From contig OZ320317.1 in assembly GCA_976226885.1 (NCBI GenBank), forward strand, positions 75,206,001 through 75,270,000: a stretch of 64,000 nucleotides of DNA, read 5' to 3'. The DNA is from Iphione sp. A-MEVVRFRX5 (taxonomy: Eukaryota). The position numbers and the translations under genes are program-made. Shown piece by piece: positions 36,090 through 50,445 of the stretch; the first letter of the stretch is position 1, and every line of letters begins with the position of its first letter. The notes beneath the pieces were generated by a model. It was not told the origin of the DNA, searched no databases, and worked only from the letters and a program-made list of their open reading frames with translations.

Positions 36090-37818
36090 TAATTCAAAAT
36101 CACTGCTTTGTTTACACATCATTTAATTTCATTTCAGTGGTCATCAGGGTTATGGTCTGGTATATTTTTCCCCATCTTTGAGAGGCAACCAGATTTTGAT
36201 AACAGCACTTTGGAAGTTTGAGAGTATTTTGATTGTATTTTTTGGTAATATTGCATTGTAATGAATTATGAAAATGTAAATGTTGAAGATTCTTTCTTTC
36301 AAATTAATACACTTCTTTTCTTATTTCTCTAGGCCATGTGAAATCCTTAAATATTTCAAGTAGCTTTTACAATTTTGTGCTGCTTGAAAGATTACAAATA
36401 GAAGCAGACATTCAGAATAGAATCTGGATAATTCAGTCTCCATAAGGGAGTTAATTGTTCTTTTATAGTGAAAAGCAGAGTGCCGCCGAAAAGGAGAAAA
36501 CAGAAAATACAACTCAAGAAAATAAAGGACAATATATTATAGATCACTTTCCCATAACTATGGTACTCTGTAAATAAAAATGAAAACATGAAATAATGTC
36601 TGTTTTTTAACCGAGAAACAACACATAAAACTTGAACAAACAAATGATGCGGTCTGTGGATAAGTCCTTGCAAGAAAACGTAAAGTCCATAATTATCCCC
36701 TCATTCTGTGTTCAAATCCTCAAGATTCGGTCGAGTCATCAGCTGTACTCGGGGTGTTGAACAGGATCTGACTTGATTGAAGCGGATGCCCTCCTATTTC
36801 TGTTATGTTTCTTCAACCATTTTTAATAGGGTGTTTAACCAGTTCTACATTGTGTAGGTTTCCCCAATCTTGCTGTGGAGACAGATAACAAACTCCATTT
36901 ATGGTGCAACTGCTCCATCTGCAATGGCATGTGTCCAATGTCAAAACTGTGTTATAAGTTCATTGCAAGACTACGGGGCTGACTCATAGATTTGCAACTG
37001 TGATCCTCTGACACAACACTGAATATCAAATACAGAACAAAAGTGCTTGGACAGGTGAAGATATCTTTGGGACGAGTATGTGTCTTGATGAGTTCATCAT
37101 CAAAAGAGAGTAACTTCTATATTCCAGACTCACAGGTCCTCCCCCACCCACCATCAAAAACGACATTTATCCCAAATAAGTTTAGTTGTGTAGTGACTGT
37201 TTATTTCATTAGAATATACTTTATTTGTGCATCACAGAATGAAACTGTATGAGTTAGTATTTTGCCATATTATGTGTTTATGTGTTGTTGTAATCCATTC
37301 TATATTACATAAATTGTGTACTTGAGATTATTTAATATGGTTCAATTATGTATGAAAATCAACTTTCTTTGGACTAGAATTAATTACATCTTGTATGAGG
37401 TATTGACTAACCTATGAGAAAGGAAACATTTTGTATGACACTTCACCTATTGTGTATGAGACATTTTTATTTCATCCAATTTACAATTCTGCATCATTGG
37501 CAACATAACAAGTATGGCTATGGCCAAACATCCGGTGTATACTTCCTGTATGTTAATCACACATGTGACATGTCTATGTATGGGCAGATACACAGTAGTA
37601 TGGCTGCGATTATACTTGCACATGTTAGCACTCAATGCTAAACAACAAAGTTGAACAAGCACAGCTGGGACACCAGGCCAGGAAAAAAACATGGATACAT
37701 GTCCATTTTGACACATGTACATGGAAACCCAGCCTTACGGATGATATATTATGTTATGCAGTTTACCATGTGTTATGTCATAGCACAGGCTGTGCTACAG
37801 ATTATCCCTTGCATATTA

Positions 37819-38059
37819 GGCCTAAAAAAAGTTCTTGTGTTTCCAGTAACAAGGTGAAAAACTACAGGGTCGGTCAGTAGGTGACATCTTTTTATTTTTC
37901 TTTTTTTTTTTTTTTTTTTAAACTAATACTGATTTGATTTGTCTCTATCATTATTCATGGCAAAGTTATTCAAAAAACAAGAAAAAATAAAAAGTTAAAA
38001 TAAAGTCTAATATAGGGTTGGTCGAGTTACTGGAAACACAGGTATTTTTTGTTTAGGCC
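37819..38059. mobile_element. 241-bp PIF/Harbinger-like (Tourist-type) MITE
   Basis: TTA|GGCCTAAAAAAAGTTCTTGTGTTTCCAGTAAC ... GTTACTGGAAACACAGGTATTTTTTGTTTAGGCC|TTA; 3-bp TTA TSD. Confidence 0.85.
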
Positions 38060-41000
38060 TTACCTACTACTGTTCAGCGACTTCACTTGATCATTAAATT
38101 CCATCTTATTCCATATTGTTATACCTCTCTTCGTTTGTTTCATCACATAATTTCATAGATGGAGAGTCGGGATGTTGCAAAGCTCCAGGCGATTACATAT
38201 ACATACATGTACTTGCTCTGGACTTTCGTCCGAAATCGATATAATGAAATAGGCTCGTAGCTTTATATTCTTATGGTACTCATGTTGTTTCGGTAAACCT
38301 TGGTTATTTGTTCTTCAAAAGTCTGTTCTTGGATCACAGTTGAATTCAAATTTGAATTTTTATTGAGCAAAATAATGATATCATCTCACGACTGAATGTT
38401 TTTCAATGGATACTCCTTGTTTTTCTAACGAGATACATCTTGTTTGTAAGACAGTCAACCTATAGTTATCTTTTAAATTTTTGGTCTGAACTGTGGTTTC
38501 TTTGAATACCTTGTAGTGGAGCACAGCAAGTTCCACCTGGAAGCACCTGTGAAATAATAACAACGAAGATACATATTACATGTAAGCCTCATCAGGTGCA
38601 AATCTTGGTGTTCTGCCTTCCATCGTGTTACTCCGTCGGTTGCAGCTACGCGAGACAAGAGAGGACATGTCATACATATACATAATGATCTGTAATAGGC
38701 TATACACCCATCCAACAATAGTGTCCTTTTTGAACCATGCATGCACATATGCCATGGACATCCATCCATTGAATAAGCATTTTTTGTGCCGATGTAAGGG
38801 AACATCTCCATAATTTCCCTAGATCGCGTTCTCCCTGGCTCACCCTCAAAAGATCAAACCAAAATCGATATGCAGGAGTAAACAACCATTAAACAGTAAG
38901 AAACGTATCGTCTGATCCAGGAGAGGCTTCACTCTGTTTAAGAGAAATACTATTGAGTCAACCTTTCTGATTTCCTTTTCAACTGACTGGTTCAGTGATA
39001 GCTTCTCGTCTAATAAAAACCCTAGGAACTTGAATTCCGATAATAAAAACCCTAGAAACTTTGAATTCAGGTAATATCTTCCAAATAACCTATAATTTGA
39101 TTGCTAAGGTTAATCAGCAGTCTAGCTGGCCTATGACTCTAAATGGCGAAAGATTCCACAGAGAAGGACGTCAGGGACCATGGCATACCTGATGCGAATA
39201 CTAATCATTATGTCAGCGTTATAAAGGCCCTTGTAGCCCCATCCGATACACTGTCCAAAATTGAAACAAATTAGCTACGTTTGATTTATATCGTAACTAT
39301 TTACTTCCATGTGTGCCATATGGTTTATGGTGGGAAAATACATCATCACTGACAAAAGGATGTTTATTGGAATAAAAAATAATTACTGAACATTACCGAA
39401 CAGACTGATTGACTGTTAAACATTTCTCTTGTCTACATTCTGAGGATTTGCAACATTTATGTTCTACAAAGAGGATAAGTAGGTGAATAGATAAATCCAG
39501 GATTGGACTCATGACCAGGACAATGAAAACAACCTTGATCCTAGTTTTTCTTTCTTTGCGTTGTTCCAAACTGCGTTTTCCATATCTTCCATATATTATT
39601 TGCCCTCATTTTGGTTTATGACTTCTTCCTTATTCTAAATATGGTATTCTAATTTTAAAGGGAAATTTCCAACCATATTATCTAAAGTTACTTTATTTAC
39701 ACATCTTTTATTAGAACATATTATACAGAGGAAGCCCTTTTTATCCAAAACTCAATGTTTCCTGTGCAATTGACCTATTGCCTTTTTACGTCATTACGAT
39801 GCAAAATGAACTAAAACAATCCTTGTAACTGGTAGAGGGACTACGACAGTCACAGATCAGACTACGACAGCTAGAACATGCTGCTGCAAAAAAATCAAGA
39901 TAGGGGGTGTCTTTCCAACCCCAATCACACAGTATTAGTTGTCTGATTTTTAATAAAATTTATATCCAATTAAAGCTGAAGACAATGAGCCATAGCATGA
40001 CTCTCTAGGACCATTATGGCCGATTCTACAGCGAATGGTCAATTGTTTGGATAATGTGTTTATTTTGACAATAGGACGTGAAATAATTTGATAGTGTAAA
40101 ATGCATGTGGACATCAGTCAAATTCATGTACTGAGTATGTAGCAAATACGTGTCAATTGTACCGAAACATTTCATTCAAGTCAGCTTTTTAGTTGGCAAA
40201 AATTGGAAGCTTAAGCTCGGATTCTTAATGAAAGGTATCATTATAGCCATTTCAGTGAACTGATAATAGTCTACTACAACTGAGAGCACCAGTGGTTAAG
40301 AAAATGTGTACTGTGGATTAAGTTGGACTAATTGTGACGTTATAATGAAAATGGGCCAATTAGATTGTTTATTTATTGGACAATGTCACAGTTAAGTAAA
40401 AGATACGTCCATGGTAAAAGTTTTTTTAACTGCTGGTGATTGGCTAATTAGAATTGATATCAGGAGAGTAACACCATATTTGATGCCACAATACAGCACT
40501 ATATAAAAATATGAAATTTATCTGCATACAATAGGCAAGTTAAGAGTTAAACATTTTTCTAAAGTCTTTTTGATTGCTTCTCTAAAACCTGAAGGTAGGG
40601 GTGTACAGCATTATGATCTAGACCTCCCTGAGTATCTTAAGAGATTAACTGTATTGGCAGCTCTATAAATATATTTTTCTTAGATATGTACTCAATTATG
40701 TATTGGAATGTTAAAATACTTCAACGTTACTTTTAATATTTTGATAAACCTAAAGTATCTTTGTAAATGTTCGATTATTTCTTGATGGTATAAATGAACT
40801 GGTTAAGAATCACTATTAATAAACATACTTGAAGATATAATAGGCAAATAAAATACGATCACAAGTTCATATGATTTATCTCATAGTTAGATGACACAAA
40901 AATGACTGGTCATAATGCTGTAAATGGCATTTACTGTAATTGATTATCATTTGGTATAATGAGCAAATCGCCAGACACCATTACTATGATGATTATTTAC

Positions 41001-41599
41001 CATTTGTGTTGTCCCAATAGAAACCCCACGAATCAGCTTGCTATATTTCAAGAAACTGGCTGAAAAAATGGTAAACATGATTTTAGTAACAGTGTGGCCT
41101 GATACTTTCTCCATTCCTTTTTCATCCAGGATATGCCGGGGGTGCATACACTTGCTCTATATGATGATGGCATTTGATTGTATATTCACTGCCTACCTAT
41201 GTTCTTGGCCTTCAGTTTCTTAAGGTGTCTGCCAGGTGTCCTGTTCGGATACAAGTGGTTGTGAAAATAATGATGTAGACATATCTCTAATCAGTCAAAT
41301 ACATGTCTAAATTTTTGGGTCAAGTTTTTGTCACTATATAGCTCGTACATTATAGGAAGTTATGTTATGTACTTGTACTTTATATAGCATATTTTTAGCG
41401 TTATTCTATAATAAATTGACATTTTATATCAGTATAATTCATTCTGAAGTCAAATATTTTTAGATACTTATTATTTGATAATTGATTTTGACTGTTTAAA
41501 CCTGAATTTCCTTAGGCGTGTGTTCTCATGGTCATGTTTTTGCAGGCATGCCGTCATGTTTTCATGATGAGAGTATCATGTGGACCATGTTTCAACAGG

Positions 41600-41715
41600 G
41601 TAAAACTGCCAAAGTCGGCAAAAAAATGCAATACTGATGCCGGCTTGGCCAAAAAACAATAACACTGATGCAAATTTGGCCCAAATGGCTAAATTGCTGA
41701 ACAATTGGCAGATCT
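41600..41715. repeat. Short degenerate tandem repeat (GGCAAAAAAA..CAATA..ACTGATGC), about 30-bp unit
   Basis: Two to three visible units. Confidence 0.55.
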
Positions 41716-44700
41716 GTGTGGATTTGTGCTGAAGTATGTTGTGTATTGTATGAAACATAGTTAAATATGATTGTTTCAATCTCACTTTTCCTGTACTCCT
41801 TTACAAAAAACGGCCATGTTTCGGTGAACATTGAATTTTCCCGATACAAAAACACACTATCACAGCGTATTTCCATGGCCTAAGAAAACAGTCTTAGTCT
41901 AAGCCAAAGATATCCCGCAAAAACATTGCAGCATGGCTGTGAAAAAACGCAGCCTCAGCACCATTGACTGCTTTTTGTTTTGTCTGTTGAACATTTTTCT
42001 CCTCTGTCTCCCTCTCTAAATTTTGTCCTAACTCAAATCTGATTCTCTTCCCGTTTGTCTCTCTCAATGTACACGTTTCCCTTTCCCTTCCTCATTGGTC
42101 TCTATTTCTCCTTGAATACCTACTCATGTGCAGTTACCCCCTTCCCAACACTGATTTGAATAATAGTTAAATAATATCGCGCACGTGTCCCGTTTGTTCA
42201 CATTTCCCACGGCAACGTAAACACTAGTATGACATTCGTTATGAGATCAGATGAAACCGGCAGCTTAGGCGTTTTTGCCCCACAATATTTTCCTTGGCCA
42301 CAGGCATACGTGTTTGTAGCATCCGGTGTTCCTTTTCAATTCATATACAATACACAGGATGCATTAGAAAAGTCAAACCCTGTCTGCTTGTAGAAAGAAA
42401 GATAACAGATAACCTCGTTAAGAGATGCTACATCGTTCTGCTCTAAAGGCTAAGGTCAATGACAGGGAAAACTACTCGGTTGTATTGAAATCAAATAGGT
42501 GGGACTGAAGGGGATGACAAGTGTCGGTTTGTCATCATCTTTTACTTTTTTTATGAATCCCCATGGCGGTAGCATGCTGGGGATGAATAGGATTGCACTC
42601 CTTACGAATTGAGTGCATAAATAGTAGTTAGAGGTGCAGACAGCGACAGAGAAGAGGATAGTGTGAGGAGGACATGACGAAGAGAAAGGGCGAAAGATGG
42701 GGGGAAAATTTGAGAGATTGATTGAAGGGATGTTAAGAAAACGGTATTTTAGCATGAAAAGTGAGTTGCGCTCTTGCATACGTAAAAGAAGCACAATGCA
42801 AAACGAAATCTATATGAGTTTTATTCATAAATATTTATGGCCGATTTACATCATGCGGGGTACATACGCTGTTACTTGTACACAGAACAGGCACAGAAAG
42901 GTATATCAATATACATAGACATAGTAGTCTGTTGATTAATCTTCCTTCTGCCTCGATTACGCAAGTGAGATCATAAATCAATAGAACAGAGCAAAATTTG
43001 CCTCCTAGGCGTTTGGAACTGACAATTTGTACTCTTCCGAATTCAACTGCACAGATATCCCTAACGACTCGGAAACCCGAGTATCCTAGGCCCGCCCGAA
43101 GGTGTTTTAACAAGTAGATATTTGTCTGTTCTACCTCCTACTCAACACCGATTAATAAAGTGTAGCATTGGACTGAGGGATGAACCCTGCGGCAGACCGT
43201 CTTACCAGCGGGAGCTTCTGCGTTCTACCGTTTTTTCAAAGTACCAATTCACTCAAGATTAATTTTATGTCGGACACACCAATCTGACGAAGTCTTCCCC
43301 CTTCCCTATTATTACAACGTGAAACCTTAGATGGTGGGACACTCCAAATCCCGATCAAACATTAACGGGTGAGTGATTTATTTATCGAAGGTCTTTACAG
43401 GTCTGCATCCATTGTTTGAAGTAAAATTGTTTCGCAAAGACCTCTTAAGGGTAGCCTGTTTAAAATGTAAAGTCAGTATGAAAATGTGCTACTTTGTTGT
43501 TAGCTAGGGTCAATTTGACATTCAATGGCCAATACAGAACGGAGCCAGAATATCAGTTATATTTAAGGCATACAAACGTAAAGTACTGATCTATAATGTT
43601 ATATTTGAATTTTAAAATTCGAATTAATAATTAAAACTTCAAATTCTTCCACTTGATTAGTCGTGAACTATTTGGCTCGTCGTTGCGACGAAAAATATAT
43701 CATAGTAGCTGAATGAGAGGATCTCACAACCTTAACTTTATCTAAATATGAAAACGTAGATTTGACAGTGACCTTAATAGGGAACGCCACAAACGTACCC
43801 AAACAACTTCATGTCATTAACATTTGCTATCTACTTTTAAACAAATGATACCGCTAAGGGGATGGGCGGGATGGAAACGGTTAGGGATGATGATAATTTC
43901 ATGCAATGCGGGAAAAATAGGTGTAATATCTCCTTTGAATTATGCACGGTATTCCATTCATGTGTACGAGTTCTTTGTAGTTCATACTAGTTTATGTATT
44001 TGTTTGTTTAGTTTGGTTTCATCGTGAAACCAGGTAGAAAAAGGTTTAGTTCACAAGTGGTCTTCTAACATCTCCCGTACCTGGATGAACTCTTCACTGG
44101 GCAATATAGTACAATGAATTGCAGGTTGAAGGCGAAAATTCGTCGATGGAGCGATGGGAGTTAATTAAGCGTTCGGGTTTTTTTTTAAATATCTCTAAAT
44201 TTCGAGGAAGTGTGTATACATGTGAACCTGGTCATAGTTAGTTTTACAAGGTTTATCTAGAGTGAAACTTCACTATTCCGTCTCCTGTGTGTTCCACTAC
44301 CTTTGCTATTCCAGGCACAATTCTCTGAAAAGGAGTTGTATCCTTTATAAAGTTTATAACTACTTAGGCTGTTATATAGATGAGCGAATGTTGCCTCAAG
44401 CTCACTGCTAATGGTTAAAAAGCAGTGCGCACAATATTTACCGGTCCATGAGACTGAGAAAATATCTAACTGTGGTGAATGTTATGCAAATATGTAGAAC
44501 AATATATGATCTAGATGAAGACGAACTTCAGCTACGAAACGTTACGATTGTTACAGCCCAATCAGAAACCCACTTGTGCTTGCCGTGTTTGTGTGTTCTC
44601 CTATCACTACATACCCTAGAATTAGCTATAATCGTCAGATCATTATGGGCAGAAAAAATGAAGGGTGGGAAGACTTAAAGGGACAAACGGCCAGGCTTTA

Positions 44701-47700
44701 TAGGATACGTAGAAAGAATAATAAAGAAGAGGGTGAGAGTATAATTATGTATGCACAGTAAGTATAGCTGGGTAATGAGGAGGGACAAAGGAGAGTGCAA
44801 ACTGCCAGGGGAAGGGTTAAAGCGCTAAAAGCAGTTATTCGACAAAACGGGACAGATTTAAAGCAAGCAATATTTATAGGGAGTATGAAAGCGGAATGAA
44901 TTATTTTCATGCTTAAAGAGAACCGAGAGACTGGACGGATAGCAAGGTACTGGTCAGTTCATGAAAAATTGAAGCCTCTTCCAAACACTCCTCACGTTGG
45001 TCTTTGACCGTGGGATTTTAGTCAACTCTAAATCCGCACGACTTTCATGACGTTTCTCACGGTTTCAGTCTCACAATGGATAATAATTTGATTTATCTCT
45101 TGTGACTCTACCTAGTCGTGGTTGCGGCTTTAAGGCTTTCTACAACCGTCCTATCGAGCAAAGGGGAGGCCTACGTGGTCAGAATAGGAATTATGTGAAC
45201 ATATATGTATAAATATGTATATCTTATTAAAGATATGAGAACACACCACCGACGTCCTCTAAGGTGCGGCTTCACGCATTGTTATTATTATTTATGCGCC
45301 AACATTTACGCCTTTTTTCCTTGTTTCAGCTCGACTACCAGACGAGGCCGGTACACAAGACCACAAGCATGCTGTCAACTAACACAACCTACCGGGAAAC
45401 ATAATGTGTTTTTATGCTACCCATGATCTTGAGATGTACACCAATAAACAGAACCAACCAAACTCTCCAGTATGACTGATCACTCCCCCACCTTTATGTC
45501 TGTAACATCCAACTAATCTCTCCCAGGACTTTCTGAAAGGGAACCTACATGACAAGCCCTCCTTCTTTTTGACTTCGTTGATGACAAATCTGTTTACCAG
45601 CCCAAGTCATGTTCTTATGTACAGTTCAGTCACTCGTAGTATCTGGCCATACGATTTCATCAATTACTCTAACAGTATTGTCTGCAGCGGCGGAAAGGCA
45701 CAGAAAAACATCGCTGCGGGGGACACGTTCCCTTACTTCCTGGTGCTGGTGTCCTCATGCAGGGAGTGTCCTCAGTTCTGGGTGACAGACATACTGCAAA
45801 TAAAAGGCTTGGTTCCAGCAGAATCCGTCCCACTTAACGAGGTATCCCTTGTTCTGGGGGTTCCTCAATATACATGTTCTATTGTACTGCCAGCTCAATT
45901 TGTTTCCAGTTTATTGATATTCCATCGCCTTCGTTCGTCAGAATCGTCAGCAGCGCTCGGTTGTTTGTTACCCAAACGCATGAAAACGGACGAGGATAGT
46001 CAATTGTTGCTATTGTGTCATCTGCTGGTCTTACTTAAACGAGTTTAATTGACCTTTCCTAACGACTCTAATCTATGCCTACAGAAAGCAGATGCTCAAA
46101 ATGAGTCTTTGCTATACTATCCCATGGAACCCCAGGTTTTCGCTTTTTTTATGCAAGTGAGGAACTCTTTATCTTCTGTGAAATAACCGAGGCGAAATCC
46201 TGAATCTCGTGTATTGAATCCCGAATCCTGGCCAAGATTTATAAAAAAACTTTGGATTTTTAGACAACGGGATGATTGAAATGATATCATACCTAGTGAA
46301 TACCTATGATACGCCTTTTGTTTCCAATCCTGAAACTTATTGAAGGAAACAAATAAGAAAAGCATGTTCAGTTCTATTTCGACCACAAACTGATGCTACA
46401 CATGAATTGCCATTGCCAAGCTGCCATGTATACATTCTCAGTGTATTAAATACTATTTAAAGCTTACTCCAAATAAGATCTATGGAACAGTGAAGGACAC
46501 GCGCGAGTGGGAACTGTTCCAACTCTGATTGTACATCCATCTATACACCCATTTAACCTATAGGTAACAGGTTGTCCAGGTGTTTCGCGTCACTTACATA
46601 TGTTCCAATATAGTATACAACTCTCTGCCAACCAGGAAGTGCATTCTGAGAGGCTTTTAAAAATTAATCTTAGTAGAGGGAAGCCAGTCACTTCATATCA
46701 ACTATACAATTTTGACCACTCCCCCATCATTCATCTAATCCATTGTGGGACTTTTTTAAACCTCAAAATATACACCCGGTGATTGGTAATATCCGCCTCC
46801 TCGAGAGTCCTGTCAAGACGTTGGATGTTTTGCAAGCTTCACGTAAAGCTACAATAGTTGAAGTATTGAGCTCTTTTCATGGTTTCAGCGACGAGGAAGA
46901 TAGCGTAACAATCGTCATTCATTTAAAGGCAAGGGTAGTATAGACGGAGTGAGAGTGACAAATAGAGAGATGGGAGACGAAGGAAAGAAAGAGTTCGATT
47001 CGGAAATCAATTTGAAGCAGTCCGGGGAAACTTTGCACTTGATTTCCACTACAGCATGAAATATGAAGTAAGAGCGGGGCCCACATGTCTCTGGTTAAAC
47101 AAAGGACCAGCTTTCCCAAATCTGTATTTTCTTAATACTTTCAACATTAGTACTGACACAGTGGCATCATAATTATATGTCGCTGTATTTGAGTACTCTG
47201 TATCCACGGATGGTCATTAAAACATTTTTAAGGTCTGGTAAAAAATATATATATGTTTTTGGTAACCCAATAGACTCTACATTAAGGCCAATAGTAATTT
47301 TAGACTTATTTTTAGTGTTTCGTGTATATCTCTAGCATAAATAATGCTTTGTACTCTGCCCCATTGGTTTTCATATGATATAATATTAAAATCTGAACAT
47401 TGAATATGTTATTGCCATACACAAGAAAATGAAAAACAACTACCGACTGACCCCATATTTTTTCATCATTTCACCGGAAACACAAATATTTGTTGGCCTA
47501 CCTCGCCATTTTCTGCTCACTAAAACAATCTTCATCCAATCTGTTATACTTTTTGTTCGGAAGATTGTGCATCAAATTATGAGGAAGAACAGGTGTTATT
47601 TCTTTTATATCACCCTAATTAACTATATACATGATATATGCCCTTCTTTAGGATAACGCACATAGCCCATAGATGTATTATATTGTAAATAGTTCTTTTT

Positions 47701-48230
47701 AGGGTAAGATGCCACCCGCACGACAGGGAACCTGTCCTCTCAACTGTACTTCAATATTTGCTACCGCTGACTCTCCTTTTATCATCAGTTGTTCAAACAC
47801 TAGCAGTGAAAGAAGTTCTTGCAAAATAGTCTAGCTTTTTAGTTGCCATTCATTCAGGAGGACTATCAATGGAGATGGCCCCGTTTTCTGCATAGCGCGA
47901 CCACGTCGTTACGTCTAACTACAACTACAAATGGCCGATAGAATATATACACCATCTTATATTTGGAAGCACAATGAATAGTGAGGTCCTTTCCTAATGA
48001 GGTTTTACCATTTATTGCTAACTTTGAGGACCTGTCTATAAACACCTAGCAACTACCTTGCTAATATATTTGGTTTGGATAATTTTTTAGATAAATACTG
48101 TCTTACAGGAGTACATCAGCCACGGCAAGATCTTGTTTGGCTATATTGGTGTAGATAACCTAGCACAGTAACCCGCCTAGAGCATATTATATATTAGCAT
48201 GGGTATATAGTATCTGAAAGGTGGCATTTA

Positions 48231-48559
48231 GGCCAGCAAAACAAATATCTCTGTTTTCAGTAACACGTTCAAATAAGCATAGAGTCACTCGGTTGGTGAG
48301 TTCTTTCCATATCCTAGTTACAAATGTCACAGTGCAAATGCTTGTCAGCAGTTGTCAAGCCTGGTTCTGTCACTTTTACTACTTGGATTTTAATATTTGC
48401 GAATGACCTAAGGAACAAAATGATATATTGTATATGTATGAGTCTGAAACCTTATCCATTTTGAGGATAATTACAAAACAACCCAAAAAATAAAAAGTGC
48501 CATTGTCATCAACATTAGGGTCAGTCAGGTTACTGGAAACACAAGTTCTTTAGTAGGCC
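48231..48559. mobile_element. PIF/Harbinger-like MITE, same family as 37819
   Basis: TTA|GGCCAGC..TGTTTTCAGTAAC ... GTTACTGGAAACACAAG..AGGCC|TTC. Confidence 0.7.
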
Positions 48560-48562
48560 TTC

Positions 48563-49084
48563 GGTCTAAAAATAGTCTGTGTTTCTAGAAATGGCCTGAA
48601 AATATACTGCTGCTAGATAAAGCAGGGGGGGTCAACTATTCTGGTGAACCATTATTGCTGATTTTAATTCAGCGTGAAACGTTATTTACCCTTCTAGATC
48701 CACGCGAAGCGTTATAAGGCATATCCTGGTGAAGCGCTATCAAAGAATTAATTCTTGGTGAAGCGTTATCTGGCCTTTCTATAAGCGTTACAAGTCACCT
48801 GAGTTCTTGGTGAAACGTTATTGGTTACCCCCTGACCCCCCCTGTGATAAATGTAGGTAGTTTTAACATCAGTTAAACAGCTGCAGAGTACCTTCCAAAC
48901 CCTAAACCACTAAGTCTGCTGCCCAGATTTCAATGACACTAATATCATATGAAAGGTAAGGCTTCACGAAAGAAATGATGAATTGTATGTGTCTCTAGCT
49001 TTATTCATTCTAAAGATATTCACGAAACTATAAAATAAATAAACGGTCGGGTTACTGGAAACACATTTTTTTCAAATTTAGGCC
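48563..49084. mobile_element. Second Harbinger-like MITE directly abutting the previous one, interrupted by a hAT-like MITE
   Basis: Degenerate left end GGTCTAAAAATAGTCTGTGTTTCTAG; right end GTTACTGGAAACACA..TTTAGGCC|TTA. Confidence 0.6.
48623..48844. mobile_element. 222-bp hAT-like MITE nested in the Harbinger-like MITE
   Basis: 12-bp TIR CAGGGGGGGTCA / TGACCCCCCCTG; flanks AGATAAAG and TGATAAAT (6/8 match, eroded 8-bp TSD); about 6 internal GTGAAGCGTTAT-like motifs. Confidence 0.75.
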
Positions 49085-50089
49085 TTATTGTAATATCTGG
49101 GTAGCATTTTCTTGTCAATATGTTGATAGGCCCAACATGCTTGCATTAATTAACGTTTTATTTTAGCTTAACCGTCAGGATTAATTTTGTCAAAATTTTA
49201 CTATACCATTGGCTGTATTAATCAATATAGCACCACTTTTGTCTTTGATATCCCGGCCTATTAACTGTGGGGTATCTGACTGTTTGTCTGCCTCCCAGTT
49301 AGCTTGTGGGTTAGATAGCATGTCTAATTTTGACATAATTATGACAATCATACGATATGTAGAGTATACGTGTATATGATTACACAATGCCCGGTTAGTC
49401 TTTGAGATTATTTTTTCAGAATTATCTGATGATAAAGTATTGACAATGACACCACATTCTGCCTTTGGTTTGTTAACAAGGTGTACGCATTGACTTCGTA
49501 TGTTTTTGCAATACACATAGACAAATTTGACATATTTACTTTCAGTGACCATATGTATTAAAATGTATCACCTTGCAAAGTCGTTCAGGTGGTCTGTTTT
49601 TAGTGGTACTTATTTTTATACAGCGATCATATTACTAGCCTGCAACTACTGGCTTTATTCATTATAGAGTGTTTCAGATGATCCCATAATACAGCGGGGT
49701 AACAGGGAAAAAGCATTCTTCCTGTTTGGTTTACCGAAGTAAACACCTCACATAGTTAACAAATGTTTCATACAGATAAAAAAGGTTTGGCACGCACATT
49801 TCTATGTGAGGTGTTTTATTCATTAGAGAGACTGCTTAGAGAGACTGATTAGAAATTCTCTTATTTTTATTTCCTTTGGAGTATACAGAGAAGACTTATC
49901 AATTATCATTTGCTTATAATATTAAGCTTATAGGACAAATATTTCATTATTTTTGAATACTTCTAAGATAGAGTTCTTCTGATATCACCCACCATGGCTT
50001 GTCAAGCCAAAAACCAAAATAAACCTGACTGAGAGTGAGACTAGCCCCCTTCTAAGCTACATTTTGTGTGATAATTAAATATCTACTCA

Positions 50090-50437
50090 GGCCCCAAAAA
50101 ATAGGTGTGTTTCTGGTAACGACCAGCCAAAAACCTAGGTAGAGAGGGGGTATCTTCTTTTTTTTAGATTTTTTTCTCAGTTTCTTCCTCTGGTTTTCTG
50201 TAATAATAAAGACAATATCAAGAATTTTAACCAATCTGTATAAGTTTTACATTTTTTTGGTGAATTTCTACAGATTTTGTTGTTTTTCTACTGAATTTAC
50301 CAAAAACATGTGTCATGCTAACATATATCTAAGGAAATTCAGCCTTGGAAACTCTTTGGGGCCAAAATCTTTTAGGTAGGGTGAGGTTTTACTGGGTAGG
50401 GGTGGGTTACCAAAGACACACCTATTATTTTTTTGGT
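50090..50437. mobile_element. Harbinger-like MITE, variant TIR subfamily
   Basis: GGCCCCAAAAAATAGGTGTGTTTCTGGTAAC ... GTTACCAAAGACACACCTATTATTTTTTTGG. Confidence 0.7.
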
Positions 50438-50445
50438 ACAGTGTA

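Noticed and set aside
38473-38885. Short ORFs with LLLDG, faintly like a DDE transposase
   Set aside because: Single weak motif with no other catalytic or terminal features.
49190-49552. 120-aa minus-strand ORF
   Set aside because: AT-rich, no recognisable domain, within repeat-dense DNA.
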